NCBI GenBank assembly: GCA_038217285.1
Contig: JBBQPO010000001.1
Span: forward strand, 1 to 64,000
Length of the DNA: 64,000 bases
Origin: Chthonomonadales bacterium
Lineage (GTDB): Bacteria > Armatimonadota > Chthonomonadetes > Chthonomonadales > Chthonomonadaceae
Direction of reading: 5' to 3'
Part shown: in pieces, positions 18,753-28,560 of the stretch
Layout: each line of letters begins with the position of its first letter
How positions within the stretch are numbered: the first letter of the stretch is position 1
The notes under the pieces: model-generated
Database searches by the model: none
What the model was told of the DNA's origin: nothing
Seen by the model: only the letters and a program-made list of their open reading frames with translations
Made by a program: the position numbers and the translations under genes

Positions 18753-19860
18753 GTACTGCTCCCAGCAATAGGGGATCGGAAATCATGCTGCCATCGGTAA
18801 TGCTTCAGAAGCTGGCTCTGACTTCTGGCATTTCGCCAGGATCTTCTCGAAAGACTTTTGCGTCCAGCGGAAGGGATGGGCACGTTCATTCCACTCGCGA
18901 ATGAACGCTTGGATGCGCTCCGACAGAGCGGCTTTGTCCGCGAAATCCACAATGCGCAGCCGTTGACGCTTGAGAATGCCGGACCACTGCTCCACCTGGT
19001 TCAGCCACGAGCAATGCACCGGAGGGTGATACCAGACAAAACGCGGGTGACGCGAAAGCCATTCTTGGACTTACTTGCCCGTGTGCATCGGCACATTGTC
19101 CAAAACCACGCGGATCATGCGGATATTCTGTGGGATCTGCTCCTCCAACTGGTTCAAGAAGGCGATCAACTCGATCTGACGTTTGCGCTCGACCAGGTAC
19201 CCATATACCTGCCCTGTGCGCGTATCAAACGCCGCCAACAGATTAAGAGCGCCCGCCCGCTTGTATTCGTGCTCCAGACGCACCGGTTGGTCAAAACTCG
19301 CCGCCAGGGTAGGCGAGAGACGAGGTCTGGGTTGGAGGTTGGTGTTCTCATCCAGACATAAAACCATCTCGTCCTCTGCCAGGGGAGCCGTGTAGAGCCA
19401 ACGAATCTGTTTTACTCGCTCGGCAAAAGCCTGGTCGCGCGGTACCTTCGCCGACAGCCACATCTTGACGATATAATCATCCACCAGAGGGGGGGAAGAG
19501 GGCTTTCGCCCTCGTCCCGGTCGATCATAAAGTCCCTGAAGTCTTTGCTCCAGAAAGCGTTTGCCCCATTGGCGGACATGGACTTCGGTGAGTCCGACCG
19601 CCTTGGCGGTATGACTAAGTGGCATGCCCTGTGCCACCAACCAGACTGCTTGGGAGCGGGTGACCAGTCCTGCGGGCAGAGAGGTAGAACGGGACCAACG
19701 CAGGGGTTGCTCGCGTTCTGGGTCGGTTAAAACAACGACCAGTGAGGTTTTTCGGCCTTGCATCGACGGCTCCTTGGGACCGCAGTGCGGAAAGATGCCA
19801 CTATTATATCCGAAAATCGAGACATTGACAATTCCGACCCCCTATTGCTGGGAGCGGTAC
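18753..19860 (-). mobile_element. IS630-family insertion sequence, degenerate
   Basis: 29-bp terminal inverted repeats (GTACYGCTCCCAGCAATAGGGGRTCGGAA, 2 mismatches) with TAA on both flanks. Transposase is split over ORFs 19071-19763 (HTH, DE, VLDN) and 18783-19019 (SWLNQVEQW). Confidence 0.9.
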
Positions 19861-20025
19861 TAAGCGATTGAGGCGGCAAACTCAGGTACAGAGACCCCAC
19901 AAGGTGCGCTGCCCGTGTGCCGAATCAGCCTGCCCGGTGACAATGGAAGTTCGCTGGGGACTGGCATCCTTACCGGCCCTTTGATGGCCTGTTTTGAGTG
20001 ATTCGCAGAACAGTTATCGCGTTTC

Positions 20026-20066
20026 CAAGAGCCGAACAAAAAATTTGTTCGGCTCTTGTATTTTTG
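20026..20066 (+). terminator. Intrinsic terminator-like hairpin
   Basis: CAAGAGCCGAACAAA-AAA-TTTGTTCGGCTCTTG followed by TATTTTT. Confidence 0.6.
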
Positions 20067-20227
20067 CGCCTGTCTGTCTCTCTACTTGTTACGCAAGGGC
20101 CAGGTTGACACTTGCGCTGGACCAAAATCCCCACAAGCGTCGAACGCAGACCTAGTTGACGCTTCGTGGCATCGGGTCGATGGATCCCCTGCCTTTGTCA
20201 AAAAACTTCTCGAAGAAAGAGGTACTT

Positions 20228-21625
20228 ATGAAATTCGTGAATCTGAACAAGACGAACACCACACTGGCGGTCACCGCGCTTGTTGCCCTGTCCCTGGCAA
20301 TGGCACAGACGGCCCAGGCCCAGTACGTCGCGGTCGATCTAACCCCGGCACCCGGCGTGCTCATGGCGCCTGCACAAGCTTATGGAGCCGATAACGGCCA
20401 GCAGGTTGGTTTCGGGTCGCTTGCGAATGGCAACTCTCATGCGCTGCTCTGGCCCAGCAGCGCCATCGGTTTCGTAGACCTGCACCCCGGAGGAATGGTC
20501 TCTTCGCTGGCAGTCGGCATCGGCGACGGGCAGCAGGCCGGCTACGGCCTACTTTCCAACGGCAACTTCCATGCCCTCCTCTGGACCGGAAGCGCTGCCA
20601 GTGCTATCGATCTCAATCCGCCGAGTTGGGCGAGTCAGGCGTTCGCCGCAGCAGGTGGGCAGCAGGTCGGCTTCGGCACGCTGCTGGGCCATGTGCAGGG
20701 CCGCACAACCCAGGCTCCAGACCACGCCCTCCTCTGGGCGAGCAGCGCCACCAGCGTCGTCGATCTGCATCCGAGCCAATATGTGGATTCGCGGGCTCGC
20801 GGCGTCTCTCAGGGAACGCAAGTCGGCTACGGCGATGTCTCTGGACTGGGTCAGATAGACCCGCATGCGCTGCTATGGTACGGCAGCGCTCAGAGCGTCG
20901 TCGACCTGCATCCCGCCGGTTTTATCAACTCGGAAGCCTGGGCCGTTTCCGGCTCGCAGCAGGTCGGCTTCGCGACCCTTCCCAACGGCTCCATCACGCA
21001 TGCTCTCCTCTGGGCGGGGAGCGCCGCCAGCGTGGTCGATCTGCATCCAAGCGCTTATGTCTACTCGGCGGCCAGCGCCATCAATGGGGGAAAACAGGCC
21101 GGCTACGGCTTCGTGGCCGATCCGAACGCTCCTGTCTTGATGGCTTCGGTGGGATTGACCGGTTATACGCATGCCCTGATATGGTCCGGCAGTGCCAACA
21201 GCGTTATCGACCTTAACCAGTTCCTGCCAGCCGGCTACACCGATGCGGTCGCGTCCGGCGTGGACGCGCAGGGCAATATTGTCGGGGCTGCCAGCGGCCC
21301 GGCAACGCAGGGGGTCGCCCATGCCTTTCTCTGGAAGCCGGGTTCCTCCAGCATCGCTGGCCCGCCCACTCCCTCGGATGCGGTGGCCGTCACCAGGGCG
21401 GAGTATACGCTCTCGACAAAGGTCTTACTGGTGCAGGCAACCAGCACCAACGCTACCGCGACATTGACGGTCTCTGTCACGTCGACCGGAACGCAGATCG
21501 GAACGCTTACCAATGTGGGAGGCGGCAAATACCAGTTTCAGGGCAGTTGGTCCACCAACCCCCTGAACGTCACCGTTAAGAGCAGTTTAGGCGGCTCTGC
21601 CAGCCTTACCGTCACCCTCAAGTAA
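20228..21625 (+). CDS. Secreted HAF-like repeat (putative beta-propeller) protein with C-terminal beta-rich domain
   Basis: Signal peptide ending AQA-Q; about 7 repeats of QQVGFG...HALLWxGSAxSVVDLHP; start ATG 20228 after GAGG. Confidence 0.8.
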   Translation: MKFVNLNKTNTTLAVTALVALSLAMAQTAQAQYVAVDLTPAPGVLMAPAQAYGADNGQQVGFGSLANGNSHALLWPSSAIGFVDLHPGGMVSSLAVGIGDGQQAGYGLLSNGNFHALLWTGSAASAIDLNPPSWASQAFAAAGGQQVGFGTLLGHVQGRTTQAPDHALLWASSATSVVDLHPSQYVDSRARGVSQGTQVGYGDVSGLGQIDPHALLWYGSAQSVVDLHPAGFINSEAWAVSGSQQVGFATLPNGSITHALLWAGSAASVVDLHPSAYVYSAASAINGGKQAGYGFVADPNAPVLMASVGLTGYTHALIWSGSANSVIDLNQFLPAGYTDAVASGVDAQGNIVGAASGPATQGVAHAFLWKPGSSSIAGPPTPSDAVAVTRAEYTLSTKVLLVQATSTNATATLTVSVTSTGTQIGTLTNVGGGKYQFQGSWSTNPLNVTVKSSLGGSASLTVTLK

Positions 21626-21733
21626 GACATTCTCCCAGGAGTCGATGCTCAAAAAAGAGAGCGGGGGGACACATCCGTTACCCCCTCTACCCTTCAGGAA
21701 ACGCCCGTTCTCTCGTTTGAGAGCGGCAACCCC

Positions 21734-21808
21734 GACTACACTGCCCGTCCTTTCCTGGGCTACCGCAAGATGGTGCTGCATCTGCGCAAGCAAGGACATC
21801 CCGTCAAC
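21734..21808 (+). pseudogene. Tiny IS3-family transposase (OrfB) scar
   Basis: Encodes DYTARPFLGYRKMVLHLRKQGHPVN, resembling the IS3 OrfB N-terminal 'YGYRRM..L...G..VN' motif. Confidence 0.55.
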
Positions 21809-21886
21809 ATAACACTTACAAAAAGGCCGCCTGCGAAACTGATGCAGGTGGCCTTGTTGTGTGAACTGGCTGCGGTTGGCGATGGC

Positions 21887-22699
21887 TTACGGCATAGGTG
21901 GATCAGCAGGTTTCGGGGCGGTCGATGGCAGGGCCGAAGAGTCCACGACCTCGACACCGTTCGGGCCGTTAACCGTATACTTCGTCTTCACGTAGATGTT
22001 CTTGAAGGAGGCGATGGTGTTGTCGCCGTGGCAGAGTTGGAAGCCGAGGGGGCCGCTCGCGAAGCCGCCAGGATCGTCGCCTTCGGCGGTCTTGACGCCG
22101 TTGAGGAAGAGGACGATGTGCGGGCCGTGCATGCGGATATAGTAGTGGTTCCAGTCGTCCTTATGGAGGATCTTGTCGGCCTGCGCCTCGGGGAAATCGA
22201 AAATCTTCTTCTGGCGATGATGCTCGTCCCACAGGCAACCCCAGTAGCCCTGCCCCATGTCTACCTGATAGCCGGGGACATCGTCGAAGTTGACAGGGTG
22301 TATGCGGGCACAGACGCCGCTGTTGTAGCCGATCATCTTGACATCGATATGCATCTCGAAATCACGGTAATCTTTGGCGGAGAACATATAGTGGTGATGC
22401 GGCGTGCTGCCGCCCTTGTCACCGACGATCGCGCCGTCCTTGACCTGCCAGTACTCCTTTTCGAAGAGCCATCCGTTCAGAGTCTTCCCATCGAACAGCG
22501 AAACCCAGCCTTTGGTGACGGGCTTACCGCTGACCGTCATGCCTTCCGCGCTGTCGCCCCACTGCACGGCGTTTTTCCGCATCTTAACGTTTGGCTTGTG
22601 CGCCTTCACGACGGTATCTTGCGCATGGGAGACCGCCCATGTTCCGGCGACCGCCAGCAGGCCGACGCTCAGCCCGAGCAGTCTCAAATTTGTTTGCAT
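21887..22699 (-). CDS. DUF1080 (3-keto-disaccharide hydrolase-like) secreted protein
   Basis: GWVSLFDGKTLNGW, NSGV, GYQVD, DWNHYYI, GPLGFQLCHG; signal peptide from MQTNL (22699). Confidence 0.88.
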   Translation of the reverse strand: MQTNLRLLGLSVGLLAVAGTWAVSHAQDTVVKAHKPNVKMRKNAVQWGDSAEGMTVSGKPVTKGWVSLFDGKTLNGWLFEKEYWQVKDGAIVGDKGGSTPHHHYMFSAKDYRDFEMHIDVKMIGYNSGVCARIHPVNFDDVPGYQVDMGQGYWGCLWDEHHRQKKIFDFPEAQADKILHKDDWNHYYIRMHGPHIVLFLNGVKTAEGDDPGGFASGPLGFQLCHGDNTIASFKNIYVKTKYTVNGPNGVEVVDSSALPSTAPKPADPPMP

Positions 22700-22838
22700 C
22701 TTCGAAGCTCCTATGTTCGTGGGAGTTGGGAGGGGCGCGTCAATGATCCCGGGACGACGTTCGCGGCAGGCCACAGCGCCCTCTCTACATCGGTTCCTCA
22801 CGGTGACGTTTCCCTGCTGTCTGTCGGGAAAGACGGCT

Positions 22839-25112
22839 CTATGTTTCGGCGGATGTGGTTAGTTTCGCCTCCTTCAGGGCAGAATCCTCCGTATCAACGA
22901 GAGCTGCGTAGAGGGGGCAGGCGCAGGAGACGGCGAAGAGGCCCGCCGCTGTCACGACGCCGGAGTCTTTGAATAGCAGCGCGGCGATGATCGTGGCGAG
23001 GGTGACTTTGAGCCCCCGCGTCGACCAGGGCCGACGTACCAGGGCCTGACGCAGAGGAGCGCCGATGAGTGCATGGCCCAGGCCAAGCGGCAGCAACGCG
23101 AGGGCGGCAAGCACCCAGAACGGCGGCGAGATCAGCAGCCGCAGGTTCATGCCGACCTTGCGTACGATGATCTCCGCGAGATAGCCGGGGCCGCGTCCAC
23201 CCGCCGAGGCCTGGATCGCCGCCCCGAAGTGCGAGCTTGCGCCGCCGCTACGCGCGGCGTCCAGTACGCCGAAACCGAAGGCCAACGCGAGCCCAAAGCC
23301 GACGCAGAGCGCCGCGAGCCCGAACGTGACCCGACGCCCACATAGCAGCGCCAGCCCTACGCCGAACCCCGCGCCGGTGCAGGCCAGACTGCCCGCGTTC
23401 GCGCCCCAGCCGGGCCAGCCGAGCGCCACCATCATACCCAGCCAGCCTACGCCGATCAGCAGGCGCAGTTTCCGCCCGGTCGCGTCCGGCGGAAACTTCA
23501 GACGGCGGTCGTCGAGCAGTGCGAACATGCCGCTCAGCGCCGAGGCCAGCAGCGGCCCCAGATACTCGTTGCCGATCCCATAGTAGCGCAGTCCGGAGAT
23601 CGCGTCACTGCAGAGCGGAGAGTCCTTCTGCAGCGGCTGGCCCAGGCCGATGTCCACCATGAGCACGGCGATCAGGAGAAGTGACGCCCCGACAGGCGGC
23701 GACACGCGCAGTACGCGGGAGATCAGGTAACTGCCGACGGTCAGCGCGCCCATCCAGGCCGCGATGCGCAGGGCGTACTCCTCGGCCGTCGGTGGGATCA
23801 GAATCGGCGCGAGCAGGGTGGCGGCGGTCAGGCTCTGCAGGGTGACGATGGCCCAGGCGAGGCGTCGGGCAGACTGCGGCCCCTGCGTTCGCCGCAAGAC
23901 CATGCCGACAACGATCAGCAGCAGGCAGAGGAGCGTCAGCGGCGCGAGGCCCCAGGTCTTGACCGCTTCGTTCAGCGCCGAGACGAACTCCTTGCGCGCC
24001 ACCGTCGCCAGGCGCTCCTCGGCGGTACGCTCTGTCGCCGTCACCTGGAGTGGCCGTCCGACCATGGTGCTCGGAATCGGGGCGTGGAGGAGACGCAGTA
24101 CGGTCGGGGCGATATCGACATTGGCGATCAGGCCGGCGGTGCGCGTCGTGGCGGAGGTGAGCAGCCCGGCACCAAAATTCGGCCCGGTGGCGATCACCGG
24201 CGTCAGGCGCGTCCAGGGCACAGGGTAGCGATGCGGTTCGGCGGGTGGGTAAGACGAGACGAGGAGCAGATCGGTGTGGGAATGCGCGCGCATCCAGGGC
24301 AGGAGCAGCGACAGCATCAGATCCAGGCGCTGGAGGGCGTCGTGTCGTGCCTGCCGATAGGCCAATGGCGAGAGCCGGGGCCGGGCCGCTTCTGCCCGCG
24401 TCAGATCCCCCAACTGCAGCACGACCAGCCCGGCGTCCGATTCGGTGAGGGACTGCAGCAGCAGCAGCGGATCGTCCACGATGCCGAACGGACTGCCCGG
24501 ATGTTCGCGTCTGCTCCCTACTCTGCCCGCGCCGATCCCGACGGCATCAACCGTCAGCAGGGCCGCACGACGGTCAGGCGTATCGGTGTCGGCGTTTCCG
24601 TAAACCTCAGCGCGCACGGGCGGAATGGCCTGCGGCAGAGCCGCGCCCAGCCGCTCGGCCGCCAGCCCGCGCCGCTCCAGCCCCGCCATACCAAGATGCC
24701 AGACAGGGTTAGGCGGCAGGGCTTTGCCGGTCGGCAGGTCTCCCATGCGGCGCACATAGACCGCGCGCGCGGTGCCGTGTTCGCCCAGAACCATCTCGTT
24801 GTCATCGCCTGCCTGCGCGTCGGTCGGTTCGCTCCGGGCCTGCTCCCCGGTCGCCAGGGTCAAGGTGGCGGAGAGAGACGAGCGCGGTCCGGGCACGACA
24901 TCATTCATCACTCCGATAGCGCCTAGTCCTGCCCAGGCCCGCAGCCCTGCGCCGTCCACGCCCTGCAGATCGTCCATCGTCAGCCCGTCGCAGAGTACCA
25001 ACACGACCCTCGGTCGCTCCTGTGCAGGAGCGACCAAGGGCCAGACGAGCAGAGCCAGGAATAGCACAATGCGAAAGGCTCCGAGCGCCAGGAAGCAGGC
25101 GATGGAATGCAT
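22839..25112 (-). CDS. Membrane protein with an alkaline-phosphatase-like extracytoplasmic domain
   Basis: RVVLVLCDGL, GLIANVDIAPTVL, RYYGIGNEY, many C-terminal TM helices. The ORF-track extension to 25595 only reads through repeats, so the start is approximate. Confidence 0.7.
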   Translation of the reverse strand: MHSIACFLALGAFRIVLFLALLVWPLVAPAQERPRVVLVLCDGLTMDDLQGVDGAGLRAWAGLGAIGVMNDVVPGPRSSLSATLTLATGEQARSEPTDAQAGDDNEMVLGEHGTARAVYVRRMGDLPTGKALPPNPVWHLGMAGLERRGLAAERLGAALPQAIPPVRAEVYGNADTDTPDRRAALLTVDAVGIGAGRVGSRREHPGSPFGIVDDPLLLLQSLTESDAGLVVLQLGDLTRAEAARPRLSPLAYRQARHDALQRLDLMLSLLLPWMRAHSHTDLLLVSSYPPAEPHRYPVPWTRLTPVIATGPNFGAGLLTSATTRTAGLIANVDIAPTVLRLLHAPIPSTMVGRPLQVTATERTAEERLATVARKEFVSALNEAVKTWGLAPLTLLCLLLIVVGMVLRRTQGPQSARRLAWAIVTLQSLTAATLLAPILIPPTAEEYALRIAAWMGALTVGSYLISRVLRVSPPVGASLLLIAVLMVDIGLGQPLQKDSPLCSDAISGLRYYGIGNEYLGPLLASALSGMFALLDDRRLKFPPDATGRKLRLLIGVGWLGMMVALGWPGWGANAGSLACTGAGFGVGLALLCGRRVTFGLAALCVGFGLALAFGFGVLDAARSGGASSHFGAAIQASAGGRGPGYLAEIIVRKVGMNLRLLISPPFWVLAALALLPLGLGHALIGAPLRQALVRRPWSTRGLKVTLATIIAALLFKDSGVVTAAGLFAVSCACPLYAALVDTEDSALKEAKLTTSAET

Positions 25113-25140
25113 TGTTGAGCACGTGACGGACAGGCGTGAG

Positions 25141-25290
25141 CGACAGCAGGCAAGCGATGGAATGAATTCCGTTCGCATGTGACCCGCCCGACGGAATCGA
25201 CAGCAGGCGAGCGATGGAATGAATTCCGTTCGCATGCGACCCGTCCGACGGAAGCGACAGCAGGCGAGCGATGGAATGAATTCCTTCGCT
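25141..25290. repeat. 57-bp tandem repeat, about 2.6 copies, with palindromic core GGAATGAATTCC
   Basis: Units start at 25141, 25198 and 25255; a degenerate partial copy lies near 25095. Confidence 0.9.
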
Positions 25291-25312
25291 AGGAGCCTTC
25301 GGCTGAGTGACC

Positions 25313-25537
25313 GCCTTCGCGGGCACAAAGCACTGACTGCAACCCTGTCTCTCGTCCGTGAGGACGATCCGGCGGAGCCGTGTAGCGAGGGGTGATAACC
25401 CCTTGACCGCCCCAAGACGCTGGTGTCGCCTCGTCCGACGGGCTTCCTGCCGAACCCGCGTAGCGAGGGGTAACACCCCCTGGCTGCCGAACACGCGTGG
25501 CGAGGGGGAACACCCCTTGGCCTTCGCGGGCACAAAG
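25313..25537. repeat. GTAG-type REP cluster
   Basis: GT(A/G)GCGAGGGG..ACCCC hairpins at 25382, 25460 and 25497, bracketed by the direct repeat GCCTTCGCGGGCACAAAG (25313-25330 and 25520-25537). Confidence 0.75.
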
Positions 25538-25607
25538 ACGTTGCATTTCGAAAAAGCAATGGCTCTGGAACCGATAGGCCGATCTCTCTCTTCATGGGTG
25601 GCGCGCT

Positions 25608-28325
25608 CTACTTGACGCCAGCGGCGCGCTGGGCGCGGATCAGGCCGGGTACGGCGGTGAGGGCCTCGGTGAGTTTGCCGGGATCGCGTCCACCCGCCTG
25701 CGCAAAGTCGGCGCGCCCGCCTCCACCCCCGCCCGTCATCTTCGCGACCTCGCGCACCAGATTGCCCGCATGCAGGCCCTGGGCGATCAGGTCGGGCGTC
25801 ACCTTGGCGGCGAACGAGACCTTGCCGGCGTTGACCGTGCCGAGCACGATGACCGCCGAATGGAGTTTCTGCGCCGTGCTGTCGGCGAGATTGGCGAGCA
25901 TCTCGGGGTCGGCGTTGTCGAGCTGCTGAACGACGACCGCGATGCCGTCCAGGTTTTGTGGCGTCAGATCTGCCTCATGGGCCGAGCCGCCGCCCGCCCG
26001 AAGCTGCCGGTTCTGTTTCTCCAGCTCCTGGCGCTGCGCCAGCAGGCGCTCCGTCGCGGTGAGGACATCGTTGATGTTCGCTTTGAGCAGCCCGGCGAGT
26101 TGCGCCAGCGTCTCTTCTTGTCGCTGCACGAACTCATACGCGCCCACGCCGGTCACGGCCTCGATACGCCGTACCCCCGACGCCACGCCCGACTCCGAGA
26201 CGATCTTGAACAGACCGACCTGGGAGGTGCGCGCCAGATGGATGCCTCCACACAGTTCCAAACTGAAGCCAGGGATCTCGACCATCCGCACAGAGTCGCC
26301 GTACTTCTCGCCGAAGAGGGCCATCGCCCCACGAGCACGCGCCTCTGCAATCGGGATGTCGGTAAAGATCGTCACTTCGGCGTCGTCCAGCACGTGCGCG
26401 TTGACCATCTCCTCGACGCGGCGAAGCTCGGCAGCGGTCATCGGCTGGGTGTGGGTGAAGTCGAAGCGCAGACGCTCGGGCGCGACGAGCGAGCCTTTCT
26501 GATGCACATGGCCGCCCAGCGTCTGCCGGAGCGCAGCCTGGAGCAGGTGCGTCGCGGTATGGTTGCGCACGATGTGCCGCCGACGGGTGGCGTCCACGGT
26601 CGCGGTGACGGTCTGCCCGACGGTCGCCTCGCCTTCCAGCACCTTACCGGTATGGAAGAAGACGCCGCCGGTCTTTTTGGTGTCGGTGACCTCGATCTTC
26701 AGGGTGCAGGTGGTGTCGCCGCCGGGAGCAGTGAGAAGGCCGGTGTCGCCGACCTGTCCGCCCGACTCCGCGTAGAAGGGGGTCCGGTCGAGGGCCACGG
26801 TGATGGTTTCGCCCGCCCGCGCGAAGCTGACCTGCTCGCCGCCGCTCAGCAGCGCGACGATCTTGCTCTCCGCCGTGGTCTGGCTGTAGCCGAGGAACTG
26901 CGTCGGCGCGTCGAGGGTCAACGGTGTGCCGCCAGAGGTGACGAAGACCTCTTTCTCGCCGCCCGCCGCACGGGAGCGTTCCCGCTGCTCGGTCATGGCG
27001 GCTTCGAAGCCCGCCATGTCGAGAGCAAACCCGTGCTCCTGCGCTATCTCTTCCGTCAGGCGCAGGGGAAAACCGAAGGTGTCGTAGAGGGAGAAGATCT
27101 CGCGGCCAGGCAGGATCTTCGACGCCTGCAGCGCGGGGTTCGACAGCATCTCTTCCAGACGGCTCATGCCGTTGTCGAGGGTCTTGCGGAAGCCCTCTTC
27201 CTCGCGCTGGATCGTCTTGAGGATCAGTTCGCGACGCTCGTGGAGATCGGGATAGAAGTCGCCCATCTGCGCGATGATCTTCGGCGCGACCTCGTGCAGG
27301 AACGGCGCGTCGAAGCCCAGTACCGACTTGCCGTAGCGAATGGCGCGGCGCATGATGTAGCGCAGCACGTAGCCGCGACCTTCGTTGGACGGCAGGATGC
27401 CATCGGCGATACAGAAGGTCATCGAGCGCGTATGCTCCGCCACCACCCGGAACGCGAAATCGACAGGATCCATCGTGCCGCCATAGGGCTTGCCGGAGAG
27501 GGTCGCGATCTGCTCCAGCGTCGGGCCGAACAGGTCGGTTTCGAAGACGCTGCTCTTCTGCTGGGAGACCAGCGCGATCCGGTCGAGGCCAGCGCCGGTG
27601 TCGTTGTTCTTCTTCGGCAGGGGGGTCAGCAGGGGCGCACCGCTCGGCTCCTCGCTGCGGTCGAACTGGGTGAAAACGTTGTTCCAGACCTCGAGCCAGC
27701 GGCCCGCGCTGTCATCGACGAGGTAGCGCTCGGTGGGAGTCAGCGCGGGATCGGATGTCATCTCCTCCAGCGGCGCGACGCGATAGAAGACTTCGGAGCA
27801 GGGCCCGCACGGCCCGTTCGGCCCCTCGATGATGGCGTTGGCGGGCCAGAAATTCTTGTCCGCACCCAGCCGATGGATGCGATCCTCGGGCAGCCCAATG
27901 ACTTCGTTCCAAATCTTAAACGCCTCGTCGTCCTCGACATAGACCGTGACGCAGAACCGGTCCTTGTCCAGCCCGACCACCTCCGTCAAAAACTCCCAGG
28001 TCCACGGGATTACTTCCGCCTTGAAGTAGTCGCCGAAGCTGAAGTTGCCAAGCATCTCGAAGAGCGTGCAGTGTGAGTAGTCACCGACGCTGTCGATATC
28101 GTTCGTGCGCAGGCACTTCTGCACCGTCACAACACGGGACTGCGGCGGCGTGGCGGCTCCCGTGAAGAAGGGCTTGAACTGCTGCATGCCCGCACTGGTA
28201 AAGAGGGTCGAGGTATCGGGGTTGCCGAGCGCATCCACCGGGGTCAACGGCGCGCCCGGCAGAGGCAGATGTCCCCTGCTCTGAAAAAACTCGATATACT
28301 TCTGGCGTATCTCATGCGCTAACAT
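25608..28325 (-). CDS. alaS: Alanine--tRNA ligase
   Basis: LFTSAGMQQFKPFF, FEMLGNFSFGDYFK, GPCGPCSE, HTATHLL, ELCGG, GGGGGRADFAQAGG; start MLAHEIRQ at 28325. Confidence 0.98.
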   Translation of the reverse strand: MLAHEIRQKYIEFFQSRGHLPLPGAPLTPVDALGNPDTSTLFTSAGMQQFKPFFTGAATPPQSRVVTVQKCLRTNDIDSVGDYSHCTLFEMLGNFSFGDYFKAEVIPWTWEFLTEVVGLDKDRFCVTVYVEDDEAFKIWNEVIGLPEDRIHRLGADKNFWPANAIIEGPNGPCGPCSEVFYRVAPLEEMTSDPALTPTERYLVDDSAGRWLEVWNNVFTQFDRSEEPSGAPLLTPLPKKNNDTGAGLDRIALVSQQKSSVFETDLFGPTLEQIATLSGKPYGGTMDPVDFAFRVVAEHTRSMTFCIADGILPSNEGRGYVLRYIMRRAIRYGKSVLGFDAPFLHEVAPKIIAQMGDFYPDLHERRELILKTIQREEEGFRKTLDNGMSRLEEMLSNPALQASKILPGREIFSLYDTFGFPLRLTEEIAQEHGFALDMAGFEAAMTEQRERSRAAGGEKEVFVTSGGTPLTLDAPTQFLGYSQTTAESKIVALLSGGEQVSFARAGETITVALDRTPFYAESGGQVGDTGLLTAPGGDTTCTLKIEVTDTKKTGGVFFHTGKVLEGEATVGQTVTATVDATRRRHIVRNHTATHLLQAALRQTLGGHVHQKGSLVAPERLRFDFTHTQPMTAAELRRVEEMVNAHVLDDAEVTIFTDIPIAEARARGAMALFGEKYGDSVRMVEIPGFSLELCGGIHLARTSQVGLFKIVSESGVASGVRRIEAVTGVGAYEFVQRQEETLAQLAGLLKANINDVLTATERLLAQRQELEKQNRQLRAGGGSAHEADLTPQNLDGIAVVVQQLDNADPEMLANLADSTAQKLHSAVIVLGTVNAGKVSFAAKVTPDLIAQGLHAGNLVREVAKMTGGGGGGRADFAQAGGRDPGKLTEALTAVPGLIRAQRAAGVK

Positions 28326-28402
28326 GGTGTCTGGTTGCTCCGATAAGGTGATCTGTTGCCGTATAAGACAGAGGCGAGGCCAGTATAGTATACACGACAA
28401 CG

Positions 28403-28510
28403 TCAAATCGAAGACAGCGCCGGTTTCAGGCCAAGGGCTGTTTGAGCTTCTTTTGGAAGAACCAACCTGCCGTTCGGCTCAACCGTCGCGTGATACTGTA
28501 ATGTTGCCAT
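28403..28510 (-). pseudogene. Truncated AbrB/MazE/SpoVT-like small ORF (35 aa)
   Basis: AAGAGG SD, then MATLQYHATVEPNGRLVLPKEAQTALGLKPALSSI*; too short to appear in the ORF track. Confidence 0.6.
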
Positions 28511-28560
28511 GCTTTATGCCTCTTGTAGTTAAACTGCACCCTCTCTGTTCACGACATCAT

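Noticed and set aside
19865-20227. Riboswitch (e.g. c-di-GMP-I) upstream of the secreted repeat protein
   Set aside because: GGCAAAC is present but the rest of the consensus is not; only a terminator-like hairpin is supportable. An Rfam/Infernal scan would settle it.
25141-25290. Possible CRISPR mini-array (palindromic ~36-bp repeat, regular spacing)
   Set aside because: The intervening ~21-bp segments are near-identical to each other, there are under 3 units and there are no cas genes; it is a tandem/REP repeat.
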